From Candidatus Nanopelagicales bacterium (GTDB taxonomy: Bacteria > Actinomycetota > Actinomycetes > S36-B12): a stretch of DNA of 64,000 nucleotides. The first letter of the stretch is position 1. Every line of letters starts with the position of its first letter. Location: the NCBI GenBank assembly GCA_018402235.1, contig JAGYJJ010000005.1, positions 258,219 through 322,218 of the forward strand. The letters run 5' to 3'. The notes under the pieces were generated by a model. That model saw only the letters and a list, made by a program, of their open reading frames with translations, had not been told where the DNA came from and searched no databases. This document shows positions 40,621-52,312 of this stretch, piece after piece. Position numbers and translations under genes: made by a program.

Positions 40621-41115
40621 ATGTCCGCCGACGACGTCGACCTCATCGTCGAAGCCTGGCATCGAGAACGCCCCGATCTGGACGTTCAACCTCTCTCAGT
40701 TCTATCCCGGGTGACCCGATTGGCCCGACACCTCGACCACGCCCGCGCCGAGGCATTCCAGATTCATGGCCTCGATGGTTGGGAATTCGATGTACTGGCG
40801 GCGCTTCGCCGCGCCGGTCAACCGTACGCCCTGTCCCCTGGGCAACTCAGCGCGCAAACCCTCGTCACCAGCGGAACCATGACCAACCGCGTAGACCGGT
40901 TGGTGGAGCGCGGCTTCGTACATCGATCACCTGATCCGGCGGACCGCCGCGGGGTCCGGGTCGAACTCACCGACTCCGGCAGGCGTGCCGTGGATGGAGC
41001 TTTCACCGACCTGCTCAAACGCGAGCATGCGCTCTTGGAGTCGCTCACGGATACCGAGCGGGCGGAGCTCGCCGAACTCCTTCGAACCTTGATGGGCCAG
41101 TTTCCTGATTCCTGA
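40621..41115 (+). CDS. MarR-family transcriptional regulator
   Basis: ORF track 40588..41115, whose TTG start lies inside the operator. ATG 40621 is preferred. The wHTH region LSPGQLSAQTLVTSGTMTNRVDRLVERGFVHRSPDPADRRGVRVELT is present. Confidence 0.85.
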   Translation: MSADDVDLIVEAWHRERPDLDVQPLSVLSRVTRLARHLDHARAEAFQIHGLDGWEFDVLAALRRAGQPYALSPGQLSAQTLVTSGTMTNRVDRLVERGFVHRSPDPADRRGVRVELTDSGRRAVDGAFTDLLKREHALLESLTDTERAELAELLRTLMGQFPDS

Positions 41116-41120
41116 ACTCG

Positions 41121-42033
41121 CTAGTCCTTGACCTTCGCCCCGGCAACGGGGCCGTGGGCGCGCTTGACAGTTCGACACGCGCCGCTTGCCGTCAGTGCCA
41201 CCGCAACGTCGAGCGCGTGTTCATCGTCGCGCACCAAAAAGGCGCACGTGGGACCACTTCCTGAAACCATCCCAGCTAGCGCCCCGTATTCCATACCCGC
41301 ATCGAGCAGTCGATGCAAGGACGGGCGTAGCGACAATGCGGCCGCTTGAAGGTCGTTGCTCATTGCTCCCGCCAGTTGCTGCGCATCGCCCGATCGCAGA
41401 GCTTGCACCACAACCTCGGAAACGTGAGATTCGGGAACTTCTCTGTCATCGCGCAAACTCATCGCGCAACTCATCAAGACGCCGGTACACCTCGGGCGTG
41501 GACAACCCTTCGTCCGCTAGTGCGAGCACCCAGTGGAATCGACCCCGTCCGAGAACAGGCGTGATCAACTCACCGCGCCCTCGTCCAATCGCATTGCCGC
41601 CGTATAACGCGAAGGGAACGTCCGACCCCAGCCTCGCCGCAAGCCCCGCAAGTTCCTCGCGCGATAGACCCGTGTGCCAGAGCGCATCGCACGCCACCAG
41701 GGTTCCGGCCGCATCGGCGCTTCCCCCGGCCATACCACCTGCGATCGGAATGGATTTCGCGATATGCAGAGAGACATTCGCGTCAATGCCCACGTGACCG
41801 GCGAGCAGACGGGCCGCCCGCACAGCCAGGTTCGACTCATCAACCGGCAAAGACTCTGAACCCTCTCCGGTCATGGTGAGGGTGATGCCGTCTCCATCAG
41901 TTGCGGTGATCACGTCTTCGAGAGATAACGCCTGAAAGACAGTGAGCAATTCGTGGTAACCGTCTACCCGCACCGGCCCCACGGACAATTGCACATTGAC
42001 CTTGGCTGGTGATCGAACCACAACGGACACCAC
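41121..42033 (-). pseudogene. ispE: 4-diphosphocytidyl-2-C-methyl-D-erythritol kinase, one frameshift as assembled
   Basis: ORF-track pieces 41446..42033 (GHMP kinase motif PIAGGMAGGSADAA) and 41121..41477 (MVSGSGPTCAFL). They are joined by removing one base in the GCGCG stretch near 41449-41452. Confidence 0.85.
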
Positions 42034-42045
42034 GACAGGTTACGT

Positions 42046-42927
42046 CTAGGCCGAAGCCGCAGCGCGGGCGATGGAGATGAAGTCCTGCACGTCGAGTTGT
42101 TCACCGCGTGCGCTCGGGTCCACCCCGGCTGCGGCTAGTACCGAATCCACCTGTCCGAGAAAGTGACCGGATAACGCCGAACGCAGTTGCTTACGTCGCT
42201 GCCCGAATGCTGCATCCACGATCGCGAACACCTCACTTCGATTCGCACCCGCCGGTTCCGTCCCACGGGTGATCGACACCAGCCCGGAATCAACGTTGGG
42301 CGCCGGCCAGAACACGGTGCGCCCAACATCGCCGGCATAGCGGACATCACCGAACCACCGAGCCTTGACGCTCGGCACGCCGTAGGTGCGCGAACCAGGT
42401 TCAGCGCATAGGCGATCGGCCACTTCGCGCTGGACCATCACCAAGATCCGCTGGATCGATGGGAAGGTCACAAGCAGGTGTAAGACCACAGGCACGGCGA
42501 CGTTGTAAGGAAGGTTCGCCACCACTGACGTTGGCTCGGCGGGCAGCTCGACAACCTCCATCGCATCGGCACACACCACGTCCAGCCGGTCAGCAAACTC
42601 AGGGGCGAACTCGGCAACCGTCCTCGGTAATCGTTCGGCCAGACGTGGGTCGATCTCAACGGCCACCACGTGGGCTCCGGTTTCCAGCAACGCCAACGTG
42701 AGGCTTCCGATCCCCGGCCCCACTTCCAACACGACGTCGTTCGGCGCTACATCGGCCACGCGCACGATGCGACGCACGGTATTGGGATCGATCACGAAGT
42801 TCTGCCCCCACTTCTTGGTGGGACGAACGTCCAACTCTTCGGCAATCCGCCGCACATCCGCGGCCCCCAGCAGGGTGCTCACCAGTCCCCGAACGCTCGA
42901 TGCGTATTGGCCACCAGTTGATCGCAT
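42046..42927 (-). CDS. rsmA: 16S rRNA (adenine1518/1519-N6)-dimethyltransferase
   Basis: ORF track, 293 aa. KKWGQNFV...[12 protein letters not shown]. The start is uncertain because the longest ORF overlaps the tatD 3' end by 49 nt. Confidence 0.9.
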   Translation of the reverse strand: MRSTGGQYASSVRGLVSTLLGAADVRRIAEELDVRPTKKWGQNFVIDPNTVRRIVRVADVAPNDVVLEVGPGIGSLTLALLETGAHVVAVEIDPRLAERLPRTVAEFAPEFADRLDVVCADAMEVVELPAEPTSVVANLPYNVAVPVVLHLLVTFPSIQRILVMVQREVADRLCAEPGSRTYGVPSVKARWFGDVRYAGDVGRTVFWPAPNVDSGLVSITRGTEPAGANRSEVFAIVDAAFGQRRKQLRSALSGHFLGQVDSVLAAAGVDPSARGEQLDVQDFISIARAAASA

Positions 42928-43740
42928 AACTGCGCAACCTCCGCGCCGCGTTCATCCGCCATGCGCTGCACGGTCCACGGCATCAGATACGTGGCATTCA
43001 CTCGACCGCGGTGCGGCTTGGGCGTCAGATAAGGGGCGTCGGTCTCCACCAGCACCAACTCATCCGGAACCACCCGCAATGCCTCGCGTAAACCTTCCGC
43101 GCTGCCGAACGTCACCACACCGGCAAAAGACATGAACCAGCCGTGCTCAGCGCACGTACGTGCCATGTCGGCATCGCCGGAAAAGCAGTGGAACACCACA
43201 CGATCGGGCGCGCCCTGGTCCACAAGCACCGAGATGACGTCGTCGTGGGAATCGCGATCGTGGATCACCAACGTCTTGTCGAGTTCCTTCGCCAGGTCGA
43301 TATGCCAGCGGAAGGACTCGTGCTGGAACGCTTGCCCTTCGGCCTCCGGAGTACGGAAGTAATCCAACCCGGTTTCTCCGACCGCCTTCACCACGTCCTC
43401 GCGAGCTAGTTCAGCTATCCGCGCCCAGGCCTGCTCCAGACCCGCGCGCCCCTGCCGGACACCGATGCGCGCCGCATCGTTCGGGTGCAGGGCAACACCC
43501 AACAGCAACCTGCGGGTGAGATTTCGCGAAGGGCACCGACCATTCGGCCGATTCGACATCGCAGCCGATCTGCACAACCTTGGGCACGCCAACCTCGGCC
43601 GCGCGGCGCAACAACTCATCTGGATCGGGAGCAACGTCACCATGCAGCGAGCGATCATGCACATCTAGATGGGTGTGGGAATCGATCACCGGCCGCGGTA
43701 GCGCTTCCGGTGCGTCCGGCCACTCTGCAACACGCGCCAC
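42879..43740 (-). pseudogene. tatD: TatD-family metal-dependent hydrolase, one frameshift as assembled
   Basis: ORF-track pieces 43411..43740 (VIDSHTHLD...) and 42879..43664 (...VALHPNDAA...GETGLDYF...VIHDRDSH...ETDAPYL). They are joined by removing one G from the GGG at about 43498-43500. Confidence 0.85.
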
Positions 43741-43742
43741 CG

Positions 43743-45371
43743 TCAGGACTCCGGGGTGTCGTCGGGCAAACGCGGGAAGAGTGCATCGCCCTTCGTCACG
43801 TGCGCACCCGCCGGCAGCTGACCCCAGCGACCAGCATCGCCGATTCGCTGCGCACCGATATCACCGAGCGCCTCGTGCGCACCGAGTTGCTGCCACAAAC
43901 TCGACATCGCTTTGGGCATCAGCGGGTTGTAGAGCACGGCAACCCCGCGAAGCGCCTCACACATCGTGTAGAGAACCGTGTCCAACCGCTGCGCGTTCGC
44001 TTCATCCTTGGCGAGCACCCACGGTTCCACCTCGGTCACGTATTGATTGACGAGTTCCACCACGCTGCGGACTTCGCCGATCGCGGTAGCGAAGTCAAGT
44101 TCATCCATCGCGCGATCTGCAGCACTGCATGCAGCAGCTAGGCGCTCCACCACAGCGTCCTCAGCCGGGGTCAAAGGACCCGCTTCCGGCAGCACACCGT
44201 CGCGATACTTGCCCACCATCGCGGTGGCACGCGACGCTAGGTTTCCCAGCCCGTTGGCGAGCTCGGATGTGTAGCGCGCGGACATGTCCTCCCAGGAGAA
44301 GGACCCGTCGTGGCCGAAGTTGATCGCGCGCATGAAGTAGTAGCGGAAGGCATCGGCTCCGAAGTGATCGATGATCTGCTCCGGTGCGATGCCGGTGAGC
44401 TTGGACTTACTCATCTTCTCCCCGCCCACCAGCAACCACCCGTGCGCGAAGACCTGCTTAGGGCAGCGGTTGATCAGCGGCCAGCAGCATCGCCGGCCAA
44501 TACACAGCATGGAAGCGCAGGATGTCCTTACCCACCAGGTGCACATCGGCCGGCCAGGTAGTGGCGTACTGCGCTGCATCCGCCGAGCCAGGCTCGGATC
44601 CGTAACCCACGGCGGTTGCATAGTTGAGCAGTGCGTCGAACCACACGTACACCACCTGCTTGGAATCCCAGGTAAGCGGAATTCCCCAGTCCACGCTCGA
44701 GCGCGACATTGAAATGTCGACCAGACCTTTGCGCAGGAAAGCCATGACCTCGTTGTACGCGCTTTGCGGACGGACGGCGTTCGGGTGTGCTTCGTAGTGC
44801 TCGATCAAACGATCGCCAAAAGCCGAGAGTTTGAAGAACCAGTTGTCCTCGCGCAGTTCTTCGGCCGGTTTTCCATGCACCGGGCACACCAGTTGACCTT
44901 CGAACTCACCTGTTCCCTCGACCAAGTCCCCGGGAACTTGAACTCCTCACACCCCACGCAATACGGACCTTCGTAGGGCGCGGAGTACACGAAACCGTTG
45001 TCGCGAATGTGCTCCCAGAACTTCTGCACGCGCTCGATGTGCCGGGTTTGCGTGGTGCGGATGAAATCGTCGTTCGCAGCATCCACGGTCTCCAAGACCG
45101 GGAGCCACGATTGCTCGACCAGTCGATCCACCCATTGCTGCGGGGTCACGCCCCCGGCATCGGCCGCCCGCTGCACCTTGGTCCCGTGCTCATCCACGCC
45201 GGTGAGGTACCAGACCTTCTCCCCGCGCTGACGGTGCCAACGGGTCAGAAAATCCCCGGCCGTGGTCGTGTACGCATGCCCGATGTGCGGCGCATCGTTG
45301 ACGTAATAAATGGGTGTGGAGACGTAATACGCCTTTTCACCTAAGAACGCATCACCCACGGGCCCGGACAT
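43743..45371 (-). pseudogene. metG: methionine--tRNA ligase, two compensating frameshifts as assembled
   Basis: ORF-track pieces 44805..45371 (HIGH motif APHIGHAYT), 44458..44925 and 43743..44621 (KMSKS). The outer pieces share a frame. The shifts lie at the G4 run 44928-44931 (one G missing, context CCGGGGAC) and at the CCC 44461-44463 (one extra C). Confidence 0.9.
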
Positions 45372-45380
45372 ACCCCGATC

Positions 45381-46223
45381 CTAGGAGCCGGGCGTAAAAC
45401 GCAACGAGACGTCGTATACCCGGCGTTTGGGTAGCCCCGCTTCGGCTGCCACCTGCGCCACCGCATCCTTGCGCGATGCCCCGTGCGCGATCACTGCGTT
45501 GACCGCCGCAGCGATCTGCTCATCGGTGGTCAGACCGGCTGCCGCCCGGACATCATCGCTCGACGCGCCATCAATCACCACGGTGATCTCCCCGCGCACC
45601 TCACCACCGGCCCACTCGTGCAGATCCGAGAGCCGGCCGCGGATCACTTCCTCATGCACCTTCGTCAATTCCCGGCACACCGCCGCCTCCCGCCCGCCAC
45701 CGAAGGCGTGCACCATGTCGGCCAACGATGCTTCCAGCCGGTGCGGGGCTTCGAAGAACACCATGGTGCGCTCCTCGGTTGCCAGTGATTCCAACCGACG
45801 ACGACGCTCCCCCGCCTTACGCGGCAAGAACCCTTCGAATGCGAACCTCGCCACCGGCAACCCCGACAACACCAGGGCAGCGAGCACCGCGGAAGGACCA
45901 GGCAAACACGTCACGCGGATGCCGGCATCGTTCGCCTCGCGCACCAACCGAAAGCCCGGATCGCTCACCGAGGGCATACCCGCATCGGTCACCACGAGCA
46001 CCCGAGCACCTGCGCGAGCACGCTCGATCAGCTCCGGCACACGCGCCGATTCGTTGCCCTCGTAGAAGGACAGGATCTGCCCGCGCGGTTCGATCCCCAG
46101 CCGCGAGGTGAGAGCGCGCAATTTACGGGTGTCCTCCGCGGCGATCACGTCGCAGTTCTGCAACGCGGCCACCAATCGAGCCGAGGCGTCATCGACATTG
46201 CCCAGCGGTGTTGCGGCAAGCAA
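45381..46223 (-). CDS. rsmI: 16S rRNA (cytidine1402-2'-O)-methyltransferase
   Basis: ORF track, 280 aa. ...VIAAEDTRKLRAL...VVTDAGMPSVSDPG... Confidence 0.9.
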   Translation of the reverse strand: MLAATPLGNVDDASARLVAALQNCDVIAAEDTRKLRALTSRLGIEPRGQILSFYEGNESARVPELIERARAGARVLVVTDAGMPSVSDPGFRLVREANDAGIRVTCLPGPSAVLAALVLSGLPVARFAFEGFLPRKAGERRRRLESLATEERTMVFFEAPHRLEASLADMVHAFGGGREAAVCRELTKVHEEVIRGRLSDLHEWAGGEVRGEITVVIDGASSDDVRAAAGLTTDEQIAAAVNAVIAHGASRKDAVAQVAAEAGLPKRRVYDVSLRFTPGS

Positions 46224-46285
46224 TAGCAGCCCTTCGTCCTCGTCAGCCGGTCACCGGCCCATCCTGTCGCACCTACGATGAAGCC

Positions 46286-47867
46286 GTGCCCGCTGCGACC
46301 CTCGAGCCCACGGCTCCCGGGCCCGTTCCTCCCGACCGCAGCGTGGCCTCACTCCCTGAACGCCTTGCACCTCCCATGCCGTCGAGCAGCTGGCGTGGCT
46401 GGGTGGGACCACTGGCCGTTGGGGCCCTCGCAGCCGTCACCCGAATCACGAACCTCGGCAGGCCGGACGCCGTGGTCTTCGACGAGACCTATTACGCCAA
46501 GGACGCCTGGTCCTACCTGCGCTTCGGAGTGGAGATCGATGAGGTCGATAACCACAAGGACCTGATGCTGCAGGCCGGCGATAACTGGCGCACGGTCGAA
46601 GCGTTCAGTGGTGAACCGGGATTCATCGTCCATCCACCCGTGGGCAAGTGGACCATCGCGGTGGGTGAATACATCTTCGGCGTGACACCCTTCGGCTGGC
46701 GGATCGCCGTCGCGATCCTCGGCGTGCTGGCTGTGATCATCACCGCGCGCATCGTGCGCCGGCTCACCCGCTCAGACGTCCTCGGCACCATCGCCGGCCT
46801 GCTGCTAGCGCTCGAAGGCATCCACATCGTGATGAGCAGAACAGCGCTGCTCGATCTCACGCTCGGGTTCTGGGTACTCGTCGGGTTCGGTCTGCTACTG
46901 ATCGACAGGGATAGGACGCGGCAACGCGTGGCCCAGGACATTCGAATACGCGGCGTGGACCAAGTGGCGAACGGACTCGGCCCCTACCTGGGTCTTCGAC
47001 CCTGGCGCATCGCCGCGATCGCCGCACTTGGCTTGGCGATCGGCACCAAGTGGTCGGGGCTGTATTTCCTGGCCGCGTTCATGGTGATGTCGCTCATCTG
47101 GGATGCACTACTTCAGACGCGCCATTGGCGTGGACCACCCGTGGTCGTCGGCCTTCGCGCGCGATCTTCCGCTTGCAGCACTGTCCACCATCGTGATCGG
47201 TATTGGCGTCTACCTCCTTACCTGGACCGGCTGGTTCGCCACCTCTACCGGTTGGAGCCGCAACTGGGCTGCTGATCAAGGTCCATCGATCGTTCCCGAC
47301 CCCATCCGATCGCTGTGGCACTACCACTCCGAGATGTGGAACTTCCATACCAACCTCGACGCCGAGCACAACTACGCCTCGAACCCGCTCTCCTGGCCGT
47401 TCATGACGCGACCCACGTCCTTCTACTACGAAACACCCGAGGGTTGCGGCGCCGATAGTTGCTCCAGCACCGTTCTAGCCGTTGGCAATCCGATCATCTG
47501 GTGGGCTGCGCTGCTCGCCATCCCCTACCAACTGTGGCGCTGGATAGCCGCACGCGATTGGCGCTCCGGTGCCGTTCTCGTCGGCATCGCAGCCGGCTGG
47601 TTGCCATGGATGTTGTATCTGGATCGCACAATCTTCACGTTCTACACCGTGGTTTACGTGCCGTTCCTCGTCATGGCCGTCACCTTGACCCTCGGATCTA
47701 TCGCCCGCGGACTGCGCAACAAACCGCAATGGATACCCGCAGCGATCATCGGCGGTTACCTCTTAGCTGTAGTCCTCGCCGCCTGGTGGTTCTATCCGAT
47801 TTGGACAGCCGAGGTCATTCCTTACGATTCCTGGCGTATGCGGATGTGGTTGCCCACCTGGATTTGA
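46286..47867 (+). pseudogene. pmt: dolichyl-phosphate-mannose--protein O-mannosyltransferase, one frameshift as assembled
   Basis: ORF-track pieces 46208..47275 and 47103..47867. Motif VVFDETYYAKDAW. GTG 46286 is the likely start. The frames are joined by removing one base near 47088-47102 (GGG at 47100-47102). Confidence 0.8.
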
Positions 47868-47886
47868 TCTAGTACGCGAGCTCTGG

Positions 47887-50800
47887 CTACGCCGAGGTAG
47901 AGAACCAAATGGTTACCAGCCCTCGACCTGCCTGGCGTTCCTTGCGCTTCTTCACCATTCGCGTGGTGACCGGTCCTTCGTATCCCACGGCCCGCAGCGT
48001 GCGCTCGACCAGCGCAAGGCGCTTGCGCGTCAACTTCACGTCCTTCGACTGTGCCGACTTCGGGACCGTGAGTACCACCCGCGACGTCTGCGCATCGGCA
48101 CTCGCGGGGATCTGTCCCACGAGTGAGCGCAGAGCCACCACGCTGGCCTTGGTGAGGTCAGGTCGGTTCTTGAGGAAGCCCACGCGCGTCCCGATGGGAG
48201 ATGTGACCTGCAAGGCATCTGTCGGCTCTGCCACGACCTGAAGCCCGAGTGACGCCTGTGAGAGTTCGTTTCCTGGATTCGTTCCGATGATCTGGATCGT
48301 GTGAGTGCCCAGACTCAGAGACGGTGGGACGGTGATGTTCGTAGTGAATGCACCGCGTACATCTGCGGTGGTGGTGCCGACCAGGATCGGGCTGGACATC
48401 ATGTAGATATCCACCGTTGAGCGCTTCATGTAGCCGGCACCTGTCACGGCCATTCCTTCACCGCCCCAGGTCTGCAGAATTCCGCCATCCCGCAATGGCA
48501 GCGCTCGCGATGCAACACTGGGCTCGACTTCCAACTGCCATTGCCCCATGGACGCCACGAGCCCCGTGTTGGCCTGGTTTGCAGTGATGGTCAGTGCCAC
48601 GGACGTGGTGCCCACGATCAACGACGCATCACCGGGTTGCCGGGCCGCATCACCCGGGGACGGCTTCCTGACCGGCGAAGTCGGGGACCCAGAACTCGTT
48701 TGACCCGATGATGAATTCCCGGGGTTCGATCCACCGCCACCATTGGAGTTCGCTGAGAGGATGAACGTCGAGGAGGCTGTGCCTACGGTGAAGCCCGTTA
48801 GGGAAGCTGCAGTTGCCACTATCAGGCATTGTCCCGGGGTCGTGAAACTCAAAACACCGGTGATGGAAGTGATCGTGCAATCACTGGTTCCCTGACTTGT
48901 CACCGCGTAGGTGATAGCACCACCACCGGAACCATTGGCCGAATCCATCTCGACCGGTGATTGCGAAAGAGTCAATGAGGTGGTGGGTGACCATGAAACG
49001 GTCTGCGGCGCACTTGTGATCGTGAAAGTGACCGACGTGGATGTGAGAGCGTAGATCGAGTTCGCCGGCGCTGTAGCAACGATGACGCACGTTCCCGGCG
49101 CGGTAAAGGCGATGACGGCCGACGACGCATTAACCGTGCAACCAGAGGTTCCAGCCGAATTCACGGTGTAGCTCGGCGATCCGGAACCCGTACTTATCGT
49201 CGCAAGAGACGACGCCACTGATCCGGAATCCGCTGCGTCCAGTGTGGTGGTGGGACTCCAGGTGATCGAGCGGGTAGCCAATCCCACTGTGAGCGTGAGC
49301 GACACCGGTAATGACGCCGCATGCGTGGAGGTCGCACCGGCAACCACCTGAACCGTGCAACTGCCCTGTGCAGTGAAGGCCAGAGTCGATCCGCTGGTGA
49401 ACGAGCAAGATGCCGTACCCACCGACGCTACTGAGTACGCCAATGCGCCGCTAGCACTTGCCGTTGCAGGTGCCAAAATCACTGGCGAATCCACGACCGT
49501 AAATGCAGTCGTGGGTGCCCAACTCACCGTTTGGACCGCCGGGGTCACCGTCACGGAAACTCCATCACTGGTCGCTGCCGCGTTCAAAGCATCAGCTGCA
49601 ATAGTTACCGTCACGGTGCACGCGCCGATACGGGTAGCCGTCAACGCCGCGCCCGACACGGTGCATGGATCATCAGGTGAGACCGCGAAAGTCTTTGCGC
49701 CCGTACCCGAGCTGCCCGAACTCGACAACAAGATCTTGGAACCAGCCGTCATTGTTGTCGCATCCGGCACCACCGTGATGCTCTGCGCGACCAAGCCCAT
49801 GGTGACCGCTGCGCTGGCTGTCGAGTTGGTGCCATCGCCCATGAGGTTGGTTGCCTTCACGGTAATCGTGTACGTCTTATCGATGTCCAATATCAGGGTT
49901 ACTGAAGTCAATGTGGGCGTAGCCGTCACCGCGGCACTCGCATCCGATGGCGTTGCCGTGACGGTGTAGCCGGTGATGGGCTGCCCACCATCACTTGACG
50001 GTGCACTCCAACCCACAGACACCGTGGTCGCGGTCAACCGCGAAACCGTGACATCAGTTGGTGCTGAAGGCACTGTGGCAGGAACCTGCTGAGCGAGTGC
50101 ATCAGCAGATGGTGGGCTCGTACTCGTTGTCACGGTGACCTTGACGTCATACTGAGTCCCGTTGACCAGTCCCGCAATTGCCGTTGAGATCGTGGCCGAA
50201 TCAGTAATTGTCGCCTTTAGTAGGTATTCGTCACCAGAGGTTTTTGTGAAAACTTTGTAGTCAACGAATGTTCCGCACGTATTCAGGGCGAGGCAAGCAG
50301 GCGCCACCCAAGAAACGGCCAAAGTTTCATCTCCCGGCAAGACACTGAGGTTTTCAACCGCGCCGGTCGAAGTTGCAGGGGTCACGGGCGGCGAAGCAAG
50401 GGAAGCCACGCTTGTTCCCGCGGCGTTTGTCGCAGTGACCTGAATTGTGTAAGTCACTCCAAGAGTGAGCCCACTGACAGTGCAGGGACTGCTCGTACAA
50501 CTACCCGTAGCACCGTTGGATGCTGTCGCGGTGTAGCCCGTGATGATTACACCACCATTAGAACTGGGAACGCTGAATGCAACCGTGGCTGTGCCATTGC
50601 CCGCCGAAGCCGACGTGATCGTGGGAGCGGTCGGGCGATCAGCAGAAATCGTGAAGGTGACATCCCGCGTTCCTGCGGAGTAGTCGGGGCTAGCCGCTGC
50701 AGTCGCACGAACCACGCACGTACCTGCGGCGGAGTAGGTAAGCGTGCCCGAACTCTCATTAACTGAACACGAACCACTTGTTACGGAGTAGGTGATTGCG

Positions 50801-52168
50801 CCATCACCTGATGTCGACGCACCCGAACTCGGCGTCACTGGCGAACTACTGAACGAAAGTGACGTATTGGTCGGCGCCCACGTCACAGACTGGGCTGCCA
50901 CTTGCACTGTGATCGTAATCGCGCTACTGATGGCCGATGCGTACATTGAATCAGCCGCGACACTTGAGGTAACCGTGCAAGCTCCAACAGCTGAGCCAGT
51001 CAGGGTCGAGTCCGCAAGGGAACAGTTCGATGTGCCCGAGGCAACGCTGTACGTGACTTGACCCGTGCCCACGACACCCGTCGTAGAAAGGTCCGTGTTA
51101 GAAAACACTGGCGGTGTTGTCGTACCAGCAGAGACTGTGATCGTCTGCGGTGTCAGGGCGACAGTGAAAGTGACCGCGGTGGAATTAGCGGTATAGGACG
51201 TTGTCTCGCTTGCAGATGCAGTGATCTGGCAATCACCCGCACCCGTGAAGGTCAATGCCGCGGTGGAAGAGTTCACCGTGCACCCGGTGGCGCCGGCACT
51301 TGTCACCGCGTAGCTGATCGTTCCGTTGCCATCGGTCGTCGCGGTTGTGGACGGTGAGGCCGTAGTGGTGGTGATCGATGTGGTCGGAGCCCATGTCACC
51401 GTCTGAGGGAACACTGGGGCCGTAAAAGCTCGGATCGGACGAACCCTCTGCTCTAATTGCTTGCCGTGGTGGGGTTCGGAGGCACTAAAACTCACACGCT
51501 GGGCATACGAGGTTCCCGAGTACAGTTCACTCGAACTCCAGTAATCGGTGCCATCGGCGCTACCAAACCCGTAGTCGCTAAGAGCGAAATCGGCATTTTG
51601 TGAACCAGCGCATTTTGATGTTGACGGAGTTCCAACCCATGTTCTCGAGTAATTACACATCGCAGTCAGTTCATCCTTGGATGGCAAAAACCAGTCATCA
51701 AAACCACCTAGTACCAGATTCGCTACCGTTTTACCAGCGCCGCTTGAACAGAACGCAGCAATAGCTGCCGTATTGGCCGCTCCGGTACCGATATTGATGT
51801 TGCGTGCGGCGGATCCAGGGACATTCTTATTCACAATGTTGCACCATTGGTATGAGGGATCTGCGCTGCCACCACTCCACGTTTTTGGCCATCTCATATG
51901 TCTTTCCACCGGAGACCAAGAACACGACTCCACCCCCAGGCCCGATGTCACCTAGAGCACAGGGGCCACCTTCTGCGCAGGACGGCACTGGGTCCGCAGC
52001 TGTTGCAGGTGACGAGGCGACGACGCTTCCAGCCAAAGCGCCGAGGACCAGGGACGCGCTGGCCAAGGTCAAGGTGATCGGTCGGAGCGCACGACCCGCG
52101 ACTTGCGCACGAGCTCGATTACTTGCTCGCCAAGGCCCGGTGAAAATTCCTCTGCGCAGTCGACTCAT
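47887..52168 (-). pseudogene. giant secreted surface protein (about 1,430 aa) with DUF1566/Lcl-like N-terminal domain, Cys-pair repeat modules and FN3 modules; one frameshift as assembled
   Basis: ORF-track pieces 51827..52168 (signal peptide, then GDIGPGGGVVFLVSGGKTYEMA) and 47887..51951. They are joined by removing one A from the A5 run at 51882-51886 (...YEMAKTWSGGSADPSYQWCN...). See findings for the domain layout. Confidence 0.8.
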
Positions 52169-52174
52169 GACAAC

Positions 52175-52221
52175 ACGCTATGCAGGGAATTTCAATTATG
52201 GCTCAGGGTTCACAAGTGTGA
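52175..52221 (-). promoter_or_regulatory. candidate activator-dependent leaderless promoter of the giant surface protein gene: TCACACTTGTGA, 29 nt, TAGCGT, 6 nt, ATG
   Basis: Read directly on the minus strand. The same architecture occurs at 54118-54164 and 56662-56708. Confidence 0.55.
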
Positions 52222-52312
52222 CGGTTCCCGCGTAATCCACGCTTGCCAAGGTGCGAACAGTGCCGTCACCGTGGGTTAGGCAGGTGACTTCCACGGAAAG
52301 GCCGGATGTGAG

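Noticed and set aside
47868-47886. A direct repeat of the tRNA-Ala 3' end at the pmt-proximal island border.
   Set aside because: Only a 5-nt match (GAGCT) was found by eye, and there is no integrase. The island call rests on gene content and position only.
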